Shown in pieces: positions 50,150-64,000 of a stretch of DNA of 64,000 nt (the stretch's first letter is position 1; every line of letters begins with the position of its first letter). The notes beneath the pieces are model-generated. The model did no database searches. It saw nothing but the letters and a program-made list of their open reading frames with translations, and was not told the DNA's origin. Origin of the DNA: Camelus ferus (Eukaryota); contig NC_045707.1 of the NCBI RefSeq assembly GCF_009834535.1, forward strand, positions 22,940,001 to 23,004,000, written 5' to 3'. A program made the position numbers and the translations under genes.

Positions 50150-51800
50150 TTCAGTATGTGGAGAACTCTACCCTTAACTCTTCCCTCCCACTTCCAAAAG
50201 AGTGACCAACTTCATTTATTCATTCGTTCATTCATCTGGTGGTTGTTCGTGCTCAAATCTCAGCCTCTTCTGCTTTCTCTGCTGCACCTGCACTTTATCT
50301 TTTTCCTCTTTATTGACTCCTTTCCATTAGTTTTTAAACATATCCAAGTCTCTCCCATCTTTAGACAAACCTCCTCCTGCTGTACTCTCCAGTTGCCACC
50401 CTAGCATTCTCTTCCTTTTTACAGCCAAGCTTTTTTGCCTACACATGGGGGTCCCCATTTCCTCTCCCCTCACTCCATCACCTTTGCAAGTTCACTCCTC
50501 ATAGGGTCACCTCTGACGCTGCAGGGACACTTTGCTGTCCTTACGTTGCTCTACATCTCAGCAGCAGCCAACACAGTTGACCTTTCTCTCCTTCTACAAC
50601 CTCTGCTGGCGTTCCTCTTACCTTTTTAGCAGTTCCTTCTCTGTTGCATAAGGAAGGACTTTGCTTGTTTCTTAAACCCCAGAGGTCTGACTGAGATTCC
50701 GTGCCATTTGCACTCTATAAGCCAAAGGTGGTCTTATTCTCTCCCCAGCTCAGATGACCTCCATATGTTGCTGGTACCATATCTCCAGTCCAGATCTTTC
50801 TTTGGAGCTCCAATCTAATCCGCTGTCCCCTGAAAATCTCCACCTGGGTGTTTCACAGGTACCACAAATACTGTGTTCTGAACTGAACTTGTCAGCTTTC
50901 CACAAACCAGTTTCTCTTTCAGTCCCACCATTAAGTTAAATTTATATTTACAAACATTTAGTAAATGCTTACTACCACGGGTGCCAGGCAAGAACTGTGT
51001 GCTAGGCATTATCAATCAAGGTGCCCTCTCATAACAATTAAAATACAGTGTGATAACCAGTATGATAGGGGAAATATGATCATCTGTTGGAGCACACACA
51101 GGGTATACCCAGCTGCTCAGGTCAGAAACCTGGCAGCCAAACTTAACTTCTCTTGTTTCCTCCCCACTCACATTTAATTGATTACTAAATCTTTCCAGTC
51201 TATCTACAACTAGCCCAGATGATATCATCTTTGAACTAATCTCCTTGCATAGAGCTCTGCTTCCAGTCCATTCCTGGCATAGCAGCCAGAGTGAAGTTTC
51301 TAAAACACAAAAATGCCCTGCCACTCTCCTGACTTAACTTTTCAAAGGCTTCCAGTTTTTCTCAAAGTCCAAGTTCTACAATATGGTTTACGAGACTTTC
51401 TCCTTTTAGCCTAGCATTTTCACACTCCCCACCACAAACTCCATACGCCAGCCACACACTAATTCCTCACATTCCTAAAGTGCATTGAGGCCTCTGGTCC
51501 TTTGCAGAAGTTGTTTCCTCTGCTAGAAACACTTCCTCTTTCCACTCCTACTAGCCTTCACCTGGTGAACTCTTACTCATCAGCCAGATCTCAGTGGAAA
51601 GGTCATTTGCACAAGAAGACCTCTCAAACCCTTAGAGTCCCGTAGGGGCCCTAACTAGGAGATCCTACAGCAAGTTTTACATTCCCCCGTGATAACTTTC
51701 AGGATACTTTAAAGTTTTTGACTTTCTGACTTTCCAGGAAGACTGTAAGCTCTGCCAAGGAAGCAGCCTGTATCTATTTTGTGAATAATTGTATCGTATC
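50150..51800. mobile_element. L2 fragments (further L2 at ~55790-57300, ~57700-58300, ~60660-61590)
   Basis: L2 signatures such as atatctccagtccagatctttctttggagctccaatctaat and ttcattcattcatcatttattcagcaaac. Confidence 0.6.
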
Positions 51801-51889
51801 TTCAATGCCTTGTGTAGTGCGAAGTAATCTCTCCGTGCTTGTTTCCTCATCTAAAAAATGAGAATGAGAGAAGCTATCTCATGGTTTGT

Positions 51890-52260
51890 TTGTAATTTTT
51901 AAAATAACAACTATTTTCTCATAGCCTACAATTTTACGGGGCAGAAATTTCAGCAGGGCTCAGCTGGGTGATTCTTCTGTCCCTTGTGGCATTGACTAGG
52001 GCCACTTGGTGGTATCCAGCAGGTAGATAGACAGGCTGGTCTGGAGAGCTTCACTCACCTGACACCTTGATGAGGCTGACTGGAATGCTGGGATCAGCTG
52101 GCGCTGTCAGCCAGAGTGTCAACAGGACACCTCTCCAGCATGGCAATCTCAGGGTAGTAAGGCTTCTTGCAAGGCATCTCAGGGCTATTAGAGTTTTCCA
52201 AGAAGACTGGGCAGAAGCTGCAAGCCTTCTTATAGCTTAGATTCAAAAGGCCCAGAACCT
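51890..52260. mobile_element. MaLR LTR (MLT1-type)
   Basis: ggcagaaatttcagcagggctcagctgggtgattcttctg...ggatcagctggcgctgtcagcc...ctctccagcatggcaatctcagggtagt. Confidence 0.65.
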
Positions 52261-52689
52261 CCAGAGTTTTTTAGAATTAAACTTATGTTCACATATAAGT
52301 GAATTATTATTACACATAAATTTACGTATATATACATAATGCTTAGAACAATGCTTAGCTCGTAAGTACTATCAAGTATTATTCTTAAAGGGATACAAAG
52401 ATGATTAAGAAGGGTCCCTTTCTCATTGACTGATACGTTTCTTTGAAATATATATATACTTACTGCCAAACTCTGAGCCTTCTTACTTCTCCTCAGTCTG
52501 ACCTTTTCCCTACACATGTTTCCTCCCGTTTAATGAGACTGGCTGATTATGCGCTGCAGACTGGTATTAAATCAATATTTAATAGTCACATTTTTAAAAA
52601 TTAATAGGCTATCCACACTAATTTTCATTGCGTCACTAAATTAAGTCTATCGTAACTCTCAACTCCAGAGGTCTGATTCTTATGAACTC

Positions 52690-53071
52690 GAATCGAGAGT
52701 CGGCCATTGCGAAGCAGCCACTGTCCAGACATCGGCACTTCTGCCAGACAAGTGGAGCCCTTAGTTTCCGTCAGCGCCTTCGGGCTGCGTCGGAGGATTA
52801 AAGTGCGCCGCGCCGAATACGTAGAGGTCTCCTCCGGCCCGCCCACCAGGAAAGTGCCGCTCTGGCACCGCATCTACGGCCTCTCCGTCTCTATGACACT
52901 CTTTTCCTGTTTCCTAGTGTTGCATGATGGGAAAAACAGCCTACTTTCCGGGAGCCGGGCGTGGGGAACCGCCTAGTTCCGAACTCCATTTCCCGGCGTG
53001 CCTCGCGGCGGTTGCTCAGCCCACTGGCGGGAGGCCGGTTCCGGTTGCATCAGCGTGGAATCCACGGCGAA
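52690..53071 (+). promoter_or_regulatory. MARS1: MARS1 CpG promoter with ZNF143-like and ATF4 CARE elements
   Basis: aactccatttcccggcgtgc at 52982-53001 (SBS-like); GTTGCATCAG at 53044-53053. Confidence 0.75.
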
Positions 53072-62243
<9,172 letters not shown>

Positions 62244-62634
62244 GTGAGTGGGCCCTTCCCTCAAGCCAGTCTGCACGACGTCTTCTGCCCTGTCTGCTTC
62301 AGCCACAGGCAGAGGCAAATCTATACCAAATCCCTCTCAAATGCTTTTAATTTCCATTTTTAAATTATACACGCTTACTGCAAAAAGATGCAACAGGTCA
62401 AAGGGCACAAAGGGAAAGGCCCGGGCCCGTCTGCCAGAGGTGTGTGCTGCTGCTAAGTCTCCTTTGTGTCTGTTTAGAAGCAGTGCATGCCTATGAAAGC
62501 ATTTTTATGTCTTTTTTTTAAATGTCTTTTTTCCCCCTTAATACAAATTAGGTCATGCGTTCATACTTCTCTGCAGCCTACTTTCTTTTACTTCACAGTG
62601 TATCTTAAACAATTTTCTACTTTGGATTTGCCTC

Positions 62635-63900
62635 CTTTTTTTACTTTTTAAACTTTTTGTTTGGAAATAATGTCAAGGTTGCAAAAAGACTTGCAAGAAT
62701 AAGCAGTTGCTAGAACAAAGAACCTTGTGGTTTTTACCCAGAAGAACCTCATGTACCCATTTCCCAGATTCACTGGTTGTTAAGATTCTGCTCCATTTGC
62801 TTTAGCATATTCTCTCTTCTCATGCGTGGATGTGGATGTGTCTGTGTAGCCTCTTTCCTCTTAAATGCTTCATTGTATGTTTCCTAAGCAAAAAGACATT
62901 CTTGCATAACCACAGTAAACAACTTCAAGAAATTTAACATTGATACAGTTGTGTGATCTACCATCCGTATTCCAGTTTTGTCCGTTATCCCAGTAGTATC
63001 TTTTATAGCATAATTTTTCTGTAGTGCAGAATCTAGCTCAGGATCATATATTGCACTTCGTTTTTCTATCTCTTTAGTTTCCTTTAATCTGAAACAGTTC
63101 CTAAGCCTTTATCTTTTATGACATTAACAATTTTTAAGAATATAAGCTCTGACCGCCCCCCCCCCACCCCCCCGTTTAAAATAGAATATTCCTCACTTTG
63201 GATTTAGTGGCTGTTTTCCTCATGATTAGATTCAGATTATGCATCTTTAGCTGGAATATTATATAGATGATGTGTTCTTTCCAGAGGCACATGGTGGCCA
63301 TTTACCCCTCATTGGTGATGTTAATTTTGTTCAGTAAAAGTGTTACTCAGCTTCTCCACTGTATATTTAATATTTTCCCCCTTGCAACTTGTCAGCAGTC
63401 TGTGGCAATACACTTTAAGACTATGTAAATACCTTGTTCTTCATTGAAAGATTCCCACTTATTCAATCATTCTTACCTGAAGAATGAATTTTCACTAAGC
63501 TTTTCCAACTTTACCTTTCCCTCCACATTGACCTTGACTCCTTCAGTCATTTATCTACTTATCTATTTGTTATCAGTATGGACTCATGGATTTGAATTTT
63601 TTCCAGTGGTTTATAATTCATTCCTGTCCTAAATGATTTTCATGCTCTAATTGTCCCTTATTTGACCAGTGGGAGCCTCTTCAAGATTGCTTCTCTGGGT
63701 GTTTCTGAGGTCTCCCACCACTTTTTAAGCACTTCCCTTTTTTCTGGCATAACAAGATATTCCACGTTTATCTTGTTCCAGCCTGGGGCTCAGCCATTTC
63801 TCCCCCGAACCCTGGTTGCTTTCAGTAGGGAACAGTATTAGAGACCAAGATTTACGTGTGCTCTTTTCCACTGGGGTCTCCTTGCTTCTGTGCCCTGTCA
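62635..63900 (-). mobile_element. Old L1MC-type 3' region
   Basis: tttttaaactttttgtttggaaataatgtcaaggttgcaaaaagacttgcaagaat...aagaaatttaacattgatacag; family named from memory. Confidence 0.65.
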
Positions 63901-64000
63901 GCAGAGAGTTAGGCTTTTATTTTAGGGTCACACTGACACCTGCAATTCCAGTTCCTCTCCACAGTTCTTCCACAGTCTTCCTCATTTCATAATTTTATCT

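Overview
Mammalian locus, almost certainly a camelid (inferred from two vic-1-like tRNA-Ala-derived SINEs plus cetartiodactyl-type L1 3' ends). It is the conserved block syntenic with human 12q13.3: R3HDM2 5' end/promoter (-), INHBC (+), INHBE (+), GLI1 (+), ARHGAP9 (-) and the first 11 exons of MARS1 (+). I rebuilt every coding exon by hand from GT-AG boundaries. INHBC (351 aa), GLI1 (1104 aa), ARHGAP9 (741 aa) and MARS1 exons 1-11 (456 codons) are all in frame, about 8 kb of CDS with no disabling change. INHBE alone carries a +1 insertion at about 28791 that removes the last 53 residues, including 4 of the 9 mature-domain cysteines. This is either a real camelid loss of the hepatokine activin E or an assembly error, and it is the top lead. 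Other leads: (1) a 61-bp copy of the GLI1 3'UTR inserted into an ancient MIR in GLI1 intron 10; (2) a predicted in-frame N-terminally extended ARHGAP9 isoform starting antisense inside MARS1 intron 1; (3) a TATA/Inr promoter and a liver-type enhancer between INHBC and INHBE. Four N gaps (131-148 bp) limit what can be seen. Repeat family names and human comparisons are from memory, not from database searches.
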